A DNA stretch of 64,000 bases, taken from contig CM120640.1 of the NCBI GenBank assembly GCA_051362555.1, forward strand, positions 57,328,788 to 57,392,787, in the 5' to 3' direction. The stretch's first letter is position 1; each line of letters starts with the position of its first letter. Shown here in pieces: positions 20,336 through 32,456 of this stretch. Both the position numbers and the translations under genes were made by a program. The notes under the pieces are model-generated. The model was not told the origin of the DNA. It made no database searches and saw nothing but the letters and a program-made list of their open reading frames with translations. This DNA is from Lingula anatina (taxonomy: Eukaryota > Animalia > Brachiopoda).

Positions 20336-23251
20336 CTGCAATCTAAACATGATATCCATGGAAGACCAATATTACTTCAGCCTTCAAGAGACTTAACAAA
20401 GAGGAGTGAAAAGAACGAGATTTCTTTTAACTCTAAAAACATTATTTTAGGAGGAAGAGTGCCGGAAAGAGGGTGGCAAGTACGCACATTTGAATGAAGA
20501 ACTCCATGTGTTGGTGGAGGTGTTTGCTCCTCCTGCAGAAGCTTACTCTAGACTGTCACATGCTATGGCTGAACTAAGGAAGTACTTAACCCCAGTAAGT
20601 ACCACCTTTTTGCCAGTATATGACATTTCTAAAACTAACCTGATCTTTTTATGGATTTAGAAAACATAATTGTTATTATTCATAGGCATAAATTACTTTG
20701 GCTGGGGGTTATTGGGGCTAGGTGCATCAGGGCAATAATGATGACAGTGTGACTGAAAAAGTGGCAAAACAAATATTGGCTGTTTCCTCTCGGTTATGTT
20801 GTATAAGACTCCATTCCCACAGATTTTAGATCGATCTATCCCTGTGGGGAGTCTCACTAGATTACTGTCAGCTTAGCCGGCTTAAGCGTCTGTCCCGCGG
20901 ACTATATGCTGTAAGGGGGTAATTAACTGTCGTGCACGCTCAGCTGACTGCGTGAACCCCCAGGGATGGAACGATCTAAATCTCTGGGAATGCACTCTAA
21001 GAATCTAGTATGGCTCTGGACCTATGCCATGAAACAAAATTCATGATTTTTGCTGTGTATAGCAAGGCAATTTTATGATCTTTATATTTTAATTGCAGGA
21101 ATACAATGATGAGATCCGACAGGAACAGTTCCAGGAGCTGATGAACTTGGGTGACCCAGGCAGTGCCGGGGCTCCAAGAGGAAGAGGGGGAAGAGGACGT
21201 GGCATGCCTGGTGGACCAGCCCCCAGGGGAAGAGGGGCTATGGGTGGGGGTCCATTGGGAAGGTGATTAGAGACAGGATATCTCGGACGTTGGAAATGTT
21301 AAAAATTTTAATAGCCAGTTTAGTAATGAAAAATTGCCAAAATTAGTAACTATTTTAAGTATTAAATGTCAAAAAAAGGCCATAGCAATTTCCTGTCTAT
21401 TTTTAGGGGAAGTGCAATGGGGCGTGGTGGTATACCTGCTGGCCGTGGGGCGTCACGAGGGGGATTGTTGTCTGGGCGTGGTGCGATGGGTGGGGGTATG
21501 GTGCCTCCACCAGCACCTACACCATTAGTTGGAAGAGGAGCCCTTGCTAGAGAGCCAGACTATGATGATGGTTATGTGAGTAGATTCCTTCGGCCAGTAC
21601 ATTTGTTAACACCATAACTGGATCTTTACTGCTTAATTTCTGTATATGTGCTCAATTTGCCAGTTTTCTCTCACTAGCTTCAGATTGGAGAATCATAAAA
21701 TGTCTTCCTAATTTACATGTAAATGAAACACAGAAATTTATGATTATCAACAGAAATCCTCATTGCCATAGATATCAGCAGTTTGTTGCATACTTAACCC
21801 TTATTCAATTCTATTATATGCCTTAAATAAACTTTATTTCTTGAACTAGTGCACAATGTCCATAGAAGATTTTGCCTTTAAATTTGATATGTAATAAACT
21901 GCTTCACAATATGGTATTTTGAACAAAGAAGTCAAAACCTCATTAGAAACTTAGTAGTTACCAGTGGACTTATATGTAGTTTCATTTCAAATATTTTTAG
22001 AAAATAATATATTAACTATGATAAATGATAGTATTGTTGTTTCTTTCAGATATTTGTTGGTTAATTGAAGGCTGGTTGTTATCATTCAACAAGATAATTC
22101 TGTTTTTTAGGGTGCTGGTTATGATGATGCCTATGGAGAAAGCAGCTACAGTGCAGGGGGAAGAGATGCTTATGAGGAGGATTACTCTGCAGGAGGTGCA
22201 AGGTTAGTTGCAAGCTTGGAATTGAGAGGAATTACTGTATTTCACATCAAGAGGAATCTTTCCATGTGTTGACATCTATTTCATTATGTTATGGCTAAAA
22301 CCAAGGTGTGCTTGCTGTATTCTTTGCATGATGCTCCTGGTCCTGGTCAGGTGTTTTACCTGTCTTTCCAGTGGTTACACCTTGGTCTTCTCAGCCTATA
22401 CTGACAACAAGATCATAGTGCTGCCAGGAGACTCTGTGCTCAAGGCTGTCTCCAATCTCTGTGACATTGTCATTATATAACCAAAATGTTAAATCCTCAT
22501 ATATTAGTTACATAGGTTATGGTTAATAACAGTACTTCAATAAAGGTGAAGTGTTCTGTGGCCAATGGATTAAGAGTAAATGCGTGACATAAGACAACAT
22601 TGTTGAATGTTTAATGTGCACTTGACATTTTGACATGGTGATTTATACAGTATTGTTTTGTACCTATTTTCAGTGATTCACAAAATGTTGACTATCCAAA
22701 ATTAAATTTAATTTTCTGTGTTAAAAAATTTTCAGTGACACACAGTACTTTGATTATGGACATGGGTCTACTGCAACAAGGGACAGATATGATGATGCAG
22801 GATATGGTGAGCCAGACAGGAATTTTATACAGTGCATGTTTTGATTATATAAATTTATCAGTTATGTAGTTGGGTCATGGTCAGTTAATTTTTAATAGGT
22901 TCTAAGTATATGAGAAAACATGTTAGTCAATATTTGGATGGCTTACTGCCTATTTTGAGCATGGGAATGTCCAGTGGTTATAGCCCCTTTACTGTAACCA
23001 AGTGAACACATGATTTTTTTCCCTTCAAGATATTTCCTTTTATACATGCTATTTCTATAATTCTGGATCCAGTGAACACTGCAGTATATATTTGCCAACA
23101 ATATTTCAGCGGACTTTATGACATTTCACTTCTAGGTGATTCATGGGGATCTGGAAGCCTAGGAGGTGGTCGTGGTAGTGGTAGCACATACAAAGCTCCA
23201 ACAAGTCTTAGAGCAGCACCAAGGCAACACCCATATGGGCGGGGTTACTAA
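12619..23251 (+). CDS. KHDRBS: KHDRBS/Sam68/SLM-family STAR (KH-domain) RNA-binding protein, 9 exons, ~376 aa
   Basis: Exons: 12619-12763, 16077-16189, 16309-16425, 20451-20594, 21099-21262, 21407-21575, 22111-22202, 22736-22806, 23136-23251. All are GT-AG and in frame (1131 nt). The protein has QUA1-like AARLLDKEIEQV, maxi-[41 protein letters not shown]...[13 protein letters not shown]2 [14 protein letters not shown], an RG/RGG region, a Tyr-rich tail and C-terminal RQHPYGRGY* resembling the Sam68 PY-NLS. The vertebrate paralog (1/2/3) cannot be assigned. Confidence 0.95.
13467..13679. mobile_element. PIF/Harbinger-like MITE with an internal tandem duplication
   Basis: TIR GGCTCCGTATCT.GAAAGGTTCGCTATGTTGC, 3-bp TSD CTG (13464-13466, 13680-13682), and a ~70-bp internal direct duplication. 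Confidence 0.8.
13721..15632 (+). mobile_element. Internally deleted hAT transposon with 5-bp TSD in KHDRBS intron 1
   Basis: TIR CAGGGGTCGAAATGTT at both ends and TSD CAACC (13716-13720, 15633-15637). TTTCCC/GGGAAA subterminal repeats occur at both ends, and transposase remnants are inside. Confidence 0.88.
15045..15330 (+). pseudogene. Frameshifted C-terminal hAT transposase fragment
   Basis: [13 protein letters not shown] followed, after frameshifts, by [25 protein letters not shown]. The latter resembles the start of the hAT dimerisation domain (YPNL..L..I.L.LPVSTA..ER.FS) but is truncated before ERxFS. Confidence 0.7.
16474..20235 (+). mobile_element. Non-autonomous Helentron-type element (HINE/DINE-1-like) with central satellite, filling KHDRBS intron 3
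   Basis: 5' T-run followed by subTIR ATTGTACCACCAGC (16478-16491) with an adjacent partial inverted copy (16498-16509) and a (CCGCCGGCT)n microsatellite. Central tandem repeats are followed by a perfect 3' subTIR GCTGGTGGTACAAT (20184-20197), a GAGGCG-GTAT-CGCCTC hairpin (20203-20218) and a CTAGTTTT end. Confidence 0.85.
17210..20050 (+). repeat. Higher-order tandem array: ~290-bp unit S and 146-bp monomer M arranged S-M8-S-M5-S-M(partial)
   Basis: Monomer starts (ATCTCCAAAAC or close variant) at 17495, 17641, 17787, 17933, 18079, 18225, 18371, 18516; then 18961, 19107, 19253, 19397, 19543; partial at 19985. S units (GCTGTATCA.AAAGTACATATTGG...) start at ~17210, ~18676 and ~19700. Confidence 0.95.
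20807..20997. mobile_element. Old Harbinger-like MITE in KHDRBS intron 4
   Basis: Imperfect ~40-bp inverted ends (CATTCCCA...TTTAGATCG / CGATCTAAA...TGGGAATG) with TAA on both sides (20804-20806, 20998-21000). Confidence 0.6.
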
Positions 23252-25857
23252 AGCTGGCAGCCCATGTTTGGCACCTGCCTGTGGACCTGTGTCAGCTATT
23301 GAAGACTACCCAGGAAGCTTTGTTGGCAATGGCACATCAGAGGTAGCCTAGTCCACACACACAATTGGCAGTCAAAAATAGTATATAATAATATGTAACA
23401 ATGGTCACACCTTAAACTCCAATTAGACTGAAAAAAATAATAGCCCTGAAGAACACTCATAACTTCAATTTGAAAAACTGATGTGTGCACAGAAAAACTG
23501 CCCATGATGTCTTTAGTTTTAAAACTTGAACAGTATAATCAAATATCTTGTAAAAAAAAAAACTTTCAAGTAATGGCCTTTTATCATCATTATCAGCATG
23601 GCCAGGGTTGAGCCTTTTAACATATGGTGTGACTTTCTAGGAAATCCTAGTTTATTTTTATGTAAATGTATTTTCGTAGCTTTGTAAAAAAGAAAAATAA
23701 GCTCTTTTTTGCTGAAAAATATGAGTAGATTGAAGTATCATATGAAAAATCAGAATGAGTAATGTATGTTGGGATGTTTTCAAGAAAGTGAATACAATTA
23801 ATGAATATCCATTTGTATATAAGCCAGTTGCACTCAAACTTGTAAAATGTTTTCCATTGAAATATATCAATTAGAAATTTATAAAGCAAAATATATATGA
23901 TGCAAAGCAGTTGATCAGTAGACGTTCTGTCAGCTGCATTATATTAATCGCCAGGTTTACAGTGTTGCCACAAAGCTGCATAAAAAAAAAAAGAAATTAA
24001 TGATTTAATGTCATTTTTTAAATAACCATGCATCAAATAACATTTTTTAAATGAGTTAATGAGGTCCGTCTTTGTTTTACTAGACCCTAGCATGTGCAAA
24101 GGGGCTTGATTTTAATGTAAATGCACCTGATTGCAGTACTTTGATATGTTTGTACAAAAAATATATTTGTCCTCATGGTCGTTTAAAATTAAGGTGTAAA
24201 ATCAAACGTGGCAACACTGATAAATGCTAGGCTAGTGTTTATGTAATATGCTTCGATTAAATGTGTACAAATAAACAAAAACCTAATTACTTTTGTTTGT
24301 TAACAGGAATGATTCCACAAGATGCTGAGAGTTAACTTGAATGGCTTTAAATGTTAAGTTCTGAACTCGTGTAGGGATCCTTATCCTCTAAACATTTCAT
24401 AACTCATTAGTTTGGTTACTATAAACAATGTAAACAACAATACTATAAACAATTTTTAATTTAAGAATCTGGCATTTTATGAAGTTAAAAATTTTTTTAA
24501 TCTTTGTATTCTTTAATTATCTGAATGTAAATGGTGTCAGAACTACATAGCAACAAACTGAACTTGTATCTGACTTGACAACACTACTAGTTGAGGTACC
24601 AATTTTAATTTTCTAAATACACACTGAAAGAGAAAAGAAAAAACAAACAAACAAAAAAAAGATGATGATAGAAATGTAAACCTCCAGTAAGCAGCAGACA
24701 GACATCCCAGATTTAATGCTGTCCAGGTAACGTAACTAGTAATGTCCAGAAATTGAAGCAAAATGTTTACATGATTTCAAGCAACATCGGCTTCTGGTTA
24801 TTGTTCAAGATGAGGATTGACTATTTGCTTGAAGGTTTGCTCTAATGCTAATTAAGAAGTTGTGAAATTAAAATTACATCATTTTTTTAATATTCAATTT
24901 CTTATAATTTGGACTAATGGTGGGTTATCTTTTTATACAATAATTTAATGGTGTGCACTACTGTTGTTAATTTTATGTCTAACCTTTTCTTTTTCCAATT
25001 TTAGGGTCCATAAATTCTTTTCCCTTGTGAGATGGAAATGTGACTCCTGTCACCACATGGCCTACGCTGGTGTGACCCACTTGTCTGGGAGATCTTGACA
25101 TCAATGCCAAAAAAACTTGCAAACTGTGATGCATGAGACTGGATGATGTTGATGCATTGAATGTATTACGTCTTTCAAACTGCGCTGTAATAAGATCGAT
25201 GCAGTTTTACATTTTGGGTGCCCAGAATTGATAACTTTTCCTTTCTATAGAATTTTAACAAATTTTAGTGTAAATCCATACAAAATTGATAAGTGGACAA
25301 AATTTTTCGTCCAGTATAATGTGGGCAATTTTAGAACAAAAAAGCAACAGTATTACTAAGCTCTTCCTAGGGTTTGATCTATTGTTAATTTCTCCCACTT
25401 TCAAACTTCATGTCCACTGCTTTATTTATTATTACTTATTTTTTTCCATTTACAAATTACAAGAGTAGGGAAAATTCATGGGAAAAAATACCCTCGTCTA
25501 CCAACATCAATTTTTTTCTAGGCTAATGTAAACTTTAATGTAAAAACTATATATTTTTATTTTTGATATTTTTACAAGTAAAAGTCCTTTAAACTGTTGT
25601 GTTTGTGCTTTTGTTATACATTTGGTGTGTGTTTGTGGCTTGTTCAAGATTTTCTTGTACCAACATTCAAGAAGAAGGAACACTTGACAAAGGGGCTCTC
25701 TGTACTAGATGTCGGCCGAGTGTTAGTTACATGCAAAGATTATTGCTGGACGAAGTTTTTTTTTAACTGCCTGACATAGTCCAGCCTGATTGCTTACAAA
25801 TGCAATTTCATGCACATCTTCCCTTAATGAAAACATAACGTGGAACATAAACTACAG

Positions 25858-26136
25858 GGCCCAGTTTTATAAAGGACGTTTAGCACTAACCAGTGGTTAA
25901 ATTCTCCTAACGCCCATTAACTAAAAGATGGTTAAAATTGTGTTTCATAAACGGCGTTTAAATAGCCGGTTAGTTAACAGTCCAGTGTTTAACAGGATAT
26001 AATATTTAAAGGTCAGTTAACTAACCGGCTGTTTAAACTCTGCTTATGAAACACAATTTCAACCGTCGTTTAGTTAACGGGTGTTAGGAGAATTTATCCA
26101 CTGGTTAGTGCTGAACGTCCTTTATGAAACTGGGCC
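25858..26136. mobile_element. Palindromic PIF/Harbinger-like MITE
   Basis: GGCCCAGTTT.ATAAAGGACGTT.AGCACTAACCAGTGG... folds back over ~120 bp per arm. TSD is CAG (25855-25857, 26137-26139). Confidence 0.88.
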
Positions 26137-26721
26137 CAGATGTTTAAGTATGGTTGTGATGCCAATATAAAGCTCAAGTGGAACTAGCTGTGTTGTCACA
26201 TGCAGCAAGAACTGTGTCACAATGTGGTATATTTTAACAATAATAATAATAAATTATTGAGCACAATAATGTTATTGCATTTATAAGCTCTCTGGCTTCT
26301 AAAAGAAGGATCAACACAATGTAAGTACACAAAAAGACACTAATAGGTGGACAAGACCTCTGATAATGCTTGTTTGACACAAGTCATTTTAACATAACCT
26401 TACTCAAAACTTCTACAGCAGTCACCCTGCGAAAAGGATAGATTTTAAGAAATTGTGTAAAGTTGTCTAACCTTGTCTACTTAACCCTGCAAGTTTTAAT
26501 GGGATTATTGGGAATAAGTTGTGGCAAAGATTATCAAGAGGGCTTTGTCATGCCCTACGTTCCAAAGCTTAGTCGTGGTGCATCGCATCATGGACAACAT
26601 TTAACTAAATGAAATAATTTACAAAAAATGTTACATAAAATCATGCAAATAAAGTTTTTCATAACTAGCGTGTGTTAGGTTTGATCCATTCGCCGAGTCG
26701 CTGATGACAGCAAGTGGATCG

Positions 26722-26920
26722 CAGTGGTGGATTTACAGGGGGGTTCTGGCTCCCCCCCTTCGATTTCTGGTCCCCTCTTGAAATTAGAATTTTGACTTGC
26801 TGAATTATAGTTCTAAACCGTACCAAAATGGCACCGTTCGACCTCTAAAATACCAAAAATTTTCGGCGCTCTTGAGCGGACCCCCCCCCCCCCCCTTCAA
26901 ATAATCCTGGATCGCACTTG
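26722..26920. mobile_element. Diverged copy of the same hAT-like MITE family as 40950-41212
   Basis: Shares the CAGTGGYGGAT start, AAATTAGAATTTTGACT.GCTGAAT, AACCGTACCAAA and TTCAAAT.ATCCTGGATC near the end. No TSD is visible. Confidence 0.7.
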
Positions 26921-28690
26921 AAATTACCACCTGCAGGATTTATTCAATAGTCATTAGAGTAAACGTGCAACTGATACATTAAAAACCCTTAAGATATTTA
27001 ACAATGCCTGTGATACATACATAAAGAAAGTGTATAACACTGTCTCCATGCCCCTTGTTCATCGTTTGATAGGATTGTGCTAGATGAGATTTGCACAATC
27101 GGGACAAGTCGCTTATCCCCAGGATTTACTTGCATTATGGTCCGCATAAGCGTTTTATAGGTTTGGGTAGCTACTAAAAATCAATGAAAAATGTGAAACA
27201 AGAGAGCTCGTTTCTACTATGGTTATACAAACTTTTTTTTTTTGAAAGAAAATATAAAATTTGCAATATAAAAAAATCTCGTTACTCCCTTATGAATGGG
27301 CATGCTGTAGATAACAATAATTGCTTGGTTGGAAGGCCACACAAAATGCTCAGTCATGAACAGACAGAGATAGGAGTTGCGACAGAAGTCATTAAGCCTA
27401 CAATACAGTGAACAGGCTGGTGATTTGTCGAAAGGTTTTCCAGAACACTTCAGTAACCATAAATAGTACGGAACCTTGTAAAATGGTGTAACCGAGCTCA
27501 TATATCTTTGGACAGTGCCTTCCAACAATGGGATGCTGATAACAATGTTAAAATATTGCAGTGGTATCACAAGACAAATAATAGGAAGAACGACACTGAT
27601 TATGTAGGATGGCATCGATATGATAGATGGCCTAAATGTGGACATGATACACCCTAGATTACAATGTACTAAATGTGTTTTCACCCAAATAAGAGAATAA
27701 AATAAATAATTGAGGATGTAGTTTCATAAATAGAATATTACATAATACAAACCAATCGAACTTAAGATTTCACATTTGCTAGTATAGCAAATGATAATAA
27801 TAATAGTAAATAAAATAATAATAGTAATAATAATGATAATGATGATGTCCGTATAGCTTGGGCAGATAATTTGGATTCTTAGGCAGGTTCTAACAGGCAA
27901 ACTAACATCTGACCATGAAATACATGTTGTAGGCAAAATTTCGATGTAGACTATATGACGTCCTAGGTTGGAGCTTCTGGCGTTACTTTCCTTGTACTGT
28001 ATTAAATTTGGTAATGAATTCAAAGGTGTCATACAAAGTCAAGAAAAAAGCATCATTGCCGTACACTGTCATACATGTATATACATGCAAACCTATTTTA
28101 ATAATAATTAAAATTGATCTACATACCAGCAGTCATTATTATTAACAAGAGACGGTTTTTGTTGACATCTTTAATAGCTGAAAGCCAGTTTCTTTTTTCC
28201 TGTTTCTTTCTTAGAATATAAGAAATACAAAGAAATTATTATGCATCATTAAATACAATGTTTCTTCCGAGGTGGAGTGAAAATTAAATGTCGTGTAAGT
28301 GTAGTCTTAATTCCGAAATGTTTTATACAGTGTGTGGTTGGTTAACCACAACCTCTTTACCCCATATCGCATCGAGCTTTTCTACTCATGATACAAAACT
28401 GCGAAGTAGTCATCATTTGACAAATATGCGTACAGGAAAATCAGAGTTTACCGTATCCTTATTCAATAAACCATTTTAACACAGTCCCCATCCCTCAAGA
28501 AAAAAGACACCCTCTGCTAAAAGATGCTAATTATTAACCGCGAAACAAAAAGTGCCGTGCTCAGTAAACATGGGTATGAATAAACATTGTAAAGACAATT
28601 GTTGACGTTCCTAACATTAAACTGTAAGCTAGTGTGGTTCTCTGTCAGGTGCGTGGTCCGATATGCGTGACAGTGTCACTTAAAGCTGCC

Positions 28691-31251
28691 CAGGTGTACT
28701 ACAGACTTGGTGGCGGGGCTGTGGTGATAAACATGACAGGGCCGTAAAATGCAGGTTTCGTTCCCACACTTAACTCGACACTAACAAAGTTATACACCAC
28801 ATAGCAAGCTTACGCAATCTTATTTGTTTTGATCCTTCTCATGTATCATTGACAAAATGGAGACACAACAACGTATTTTATACGTATCTTCGTTCAGCTG
28901 TGCACGGTGAGGATCTGTATAACACTTGAAGTTTAATTTAAACAACTACCAAGTAATTTACGGTAGTGAGGAAAGGACACGTGCATAGATACGGCGTGTA
29001 AAGGAATGCGGAGGTGTCCACGTGCAAAGCTGGGGAGATAACACCTCTGTATAGATTGACCAGGACGCCGCAGGTGGGCTGCAGACTCAGTGGCGCCGGG
29101 ATAATGACACCCAACACTTCAAATAAAACATCCGACGATTTGTTGGGAGATGGGGGGGGGGGGGGGGGATATTGGGGGGGGGGGGTAAATTTATGTGCAG
29201 ACTTAAATTAAGTGGGTTTTTTTCAGCATAAAAAACGTTGGCTTTCGAGTAAAGTGGTAACTTGTTTAAAGGGATTATGTCAGATTGCGATACTATCACT
29301 TCGTGGCGTTAGATATTGACTTTTAATATTTCCATAAAATATGTTCATTATATTAGTAATCGGCAATAGAGACAATATTATATAGAAATTGCTTAATTAT
29401 TTGACATCTTTAAACCCATAAGTGTAATGAAACCACCTTACTAAATAAGAAAGTAGATTTATTTGTGACTACACCTACCTCGAGTGTTGCATTTTATTAA
29501 TATATCACATAATATTGAATAATCATTATCTTCAAGAATGGTATGACTGATAATCTTGCGCAAAGGAGTCAAACAGAAACAATAAACAATCATTTATTCG
29601 ATATCTACTGTTTCTGAAATGATCATCTAATCCCCTGACTGCTACATACAAAAAAAAGGATTTCCTAACATTCATTGTATAAAATGAACAAAATATCTTT
29701 GTAAATTAGTGCGTTATATATCTATTATATGACGTTTTTCTTTCATTTTGTCCGTTTATTGTTAAGATTCTTTTGATAATAACCGCATTCAAAAGATGAC
29801 CAAGCATAATGTACTCCCGCAGCACACCTCAAGCCGTACGTTGTTGTTGTCAAAATGCGTGGTTCACGTAACATTTAAAGAATGGGCTGGTTTTTCCACG
29901 CTCATCGCCGTCAAGTTTGTGCTTGCACTCGTTAAGAAGGTGTGAAGACATTCATAGTTCTTCACAGAAGGACGTGAAGGAATTTGGTGTGTATGTGTAT
30001 GTTGATAGCTGGTACTTAGACTGGCACAGGTGCAGCGTAGACTGACTGGCGACGGCGAGGAGCTTTCAGGTCACATGACGAACCTATCTTTGCACACCTG
30101 GAAGCACTGAATGTATTATTGTGTTGTTACCTGAGTGTCTGACGGGCAAGCAAGGGAGCATCCGTGTGTGCACTACTTACGTGATGACTTTGTTTTGTAG
30201 AAGTCAGATAGATTGAAATAGCCAAAATGATTTTAAAATATTTACACCAAGATAATGTTAAAACGGTTTTAACATTTTTTACTCTTTTAGTTTTCTTAAT
30301 ACTAAAGTTTGGACATGAAAAGTTCAATGATTCAAATTACTAAGGACCTTCTATTACTTTCTGCAGCATTTAAAACTGTTCTTCAGAATCTTTGTACTCA
30401 ATTGTTCAATTATCAGTAGATAAATTTTCAACTTTCTGAACAATATTTTTTATCACACTTTTCAAGTGGACAGTCGTTCTAGCTAGCAATTTCATTAAAT
30501 AATTTATTGTAATTTTTCTCGTTTGATCCCCAGAACAATGATTTCTTCACATGATATCTAATCGTCTGCTCCAATATGATAAATAATGTTAATTTTCAGT
30601 ACTTCAGCTAGGGACAATAAGTCTGTTATCCACGCACCTGCCCTCCCTTAGATAAGGACCTTGATAATACTGTAAGCTTTGCTCTTCAACTATTTTAACG
30701 CGTTGTGAATATAGCTTTTTCAATAAAAACAAACGTATAAACCCGCATCAGCGCGACACCTCCATAACACCGAAGTATAATGAAACTACATGAAAAAAGT
30801 TGCGGTGGCAGGAAAGGTCGCGAAAAATTGCCATTTTCACATAAACAAACAGGTGTTCGGGTACTACTTGTCATAATCAAATCTAACTTGGAGCACTATT
30901 TTTATCGCCTATTCTATTTGCAAGTTTATCAACTTAAAACTCCACTTCTCACAGTGACTCTCATCACGCACAAGGCTGCAATGGACGGCACACCTGTGAT
31001 CAAAGATCATTGTCATGTGACTAATAACTGTCAAGCAAACAGCCACGTAAATACTGTGCAACAAGGAAGAGTTACTTGATACGCGCCAACATTGTGTAAT
31101 AAAATGGGTTATAAATTAGATTAGAAGCTCGTTTAATGGAAAGGAAATTACAACTCTTCGACTCCATAGTGTTACTCTGAGACAATACCAATACAACTAC
31201 TAGTATACCTTTAAAATACAAGATAATGAAAAGACGTCTTTTATCTTGCTA

Positions 31252-31294
<43 letters not shown>

Positions 31295-32456
31295 TTTTAA
31301 GCATTTGTGTATTTGTTCATTTTCATTTTATTTCATAATATTTATATGTTTATATATTTGATGAAACAGAAAAAATCTTTAAAAAACAGTACCTGAGAGT
31401 GTTTAGAATAAATGGCCTTAATGGGTATGAATCGCAGTTCTTTCGAGTTGATTTTGTAGGACATACAGAACAAAGCCGCAACAACGGCGACATGAGTAGG
31501 CAATTTTTAAACCACAAATTACACAGATGAATATCGCGTCGCAAGCCTACATGTACTTCACTGGCTTTATGGTAGTTATCATTGAAATATGTTTTATATA
31601 GCAGAAAACCAATTCTGGTCGATTTCTCATAAATAAACTGGTCTAAATAATTTTAATCAAATATATTTTGTACTTTGTATCGGTTTTCTAATTAAACGAG
31701 CATATTTTAAGTAATGCATGGTTTCTTTTTTCTTTATTCACGTTCAATCAACTTAGAGTTAAGTTGCCTTTAATCAAGTCAGCTTTTTCATTTGATATTC
31801 AGAAGCAGGGAAATACATCAAAGAAACCATCTTATGGTAAAACCCATTTTATTAAATGTTTCAGCTCCTTCAACAGGTGGGAGGATTGTCCCTCTGTCTG
31901 TACAGATAAAACTGTTATTTCTATAATTACATTTTAATATATTTTCTCATTATCTCACTGCTAAGTTCCCGTCGCTTTTTCTGTGGCACCGCTGCGCATT
32001 GTAGTAAGGCGCCGTAATGAGTTGCACTTGATCAGTTTTCTACACTAGCCGATCGTGCTCAAAGTGGGAGATTAATCGGAGGATATTTTGCCCTTTTTAT
32101 TTATCGTGAAAACATTTAATGTGTAGGAATGTAAACAAGCTCTCACCTTGATAAGTGAGCGTTCGACTAAGCCCAGGTGGGCTGCAGACAGACTGGCGTC
32201 GTCGCGTTTGCATAGTCACCGGAGTGTAAACAAAGTTCTACTGTGAACCATGGGCGCATATCTCAGGTGTGGGGGAGAGCCACCCGTACAAAACACTCAT
32301 CATCCCACAGACGTATTACTGATTGCACGCTATGATTAGATTTGAAAAGCAAGGTAACAAAAAGATTTAGCGATACCTCTTTGTCCAGTTTCGATATACT
32401 GCGATTTAGGACCTGTTAAGTCTGCATTAAAGCCAAGTCGCAGACATAGTGTCGCC
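28691..32456 (+). promoter_or_regulatory. Cluster of Smad composite elements (AGAC-N5-GNCG), four coupled to a CAGGTG E-box at fixed spacing; likely ID distal enhancers
   Basis: Sites are at 28691-28717, 29071-29097, 30027-30053 and 32174-32200, plus an E-box-less site at 32441-32456. Those at 29082, 32185 and 32441 match the GRCGNC-N5-GTCTG Smad1/5-Smad4 consensus on the reverse strand. Confidence 0.7.
31253..31294. repeat. (ATT)n microsatellite
   Basis: Direct reading. Confidence 0.95.

Noticed and set aside
27184-28032. ORFs of 75-153 aa between KHDRBS and ID
   Set aside because: No motifs, biased composition and no coherent splice structure, so they cannot be supported as genes.
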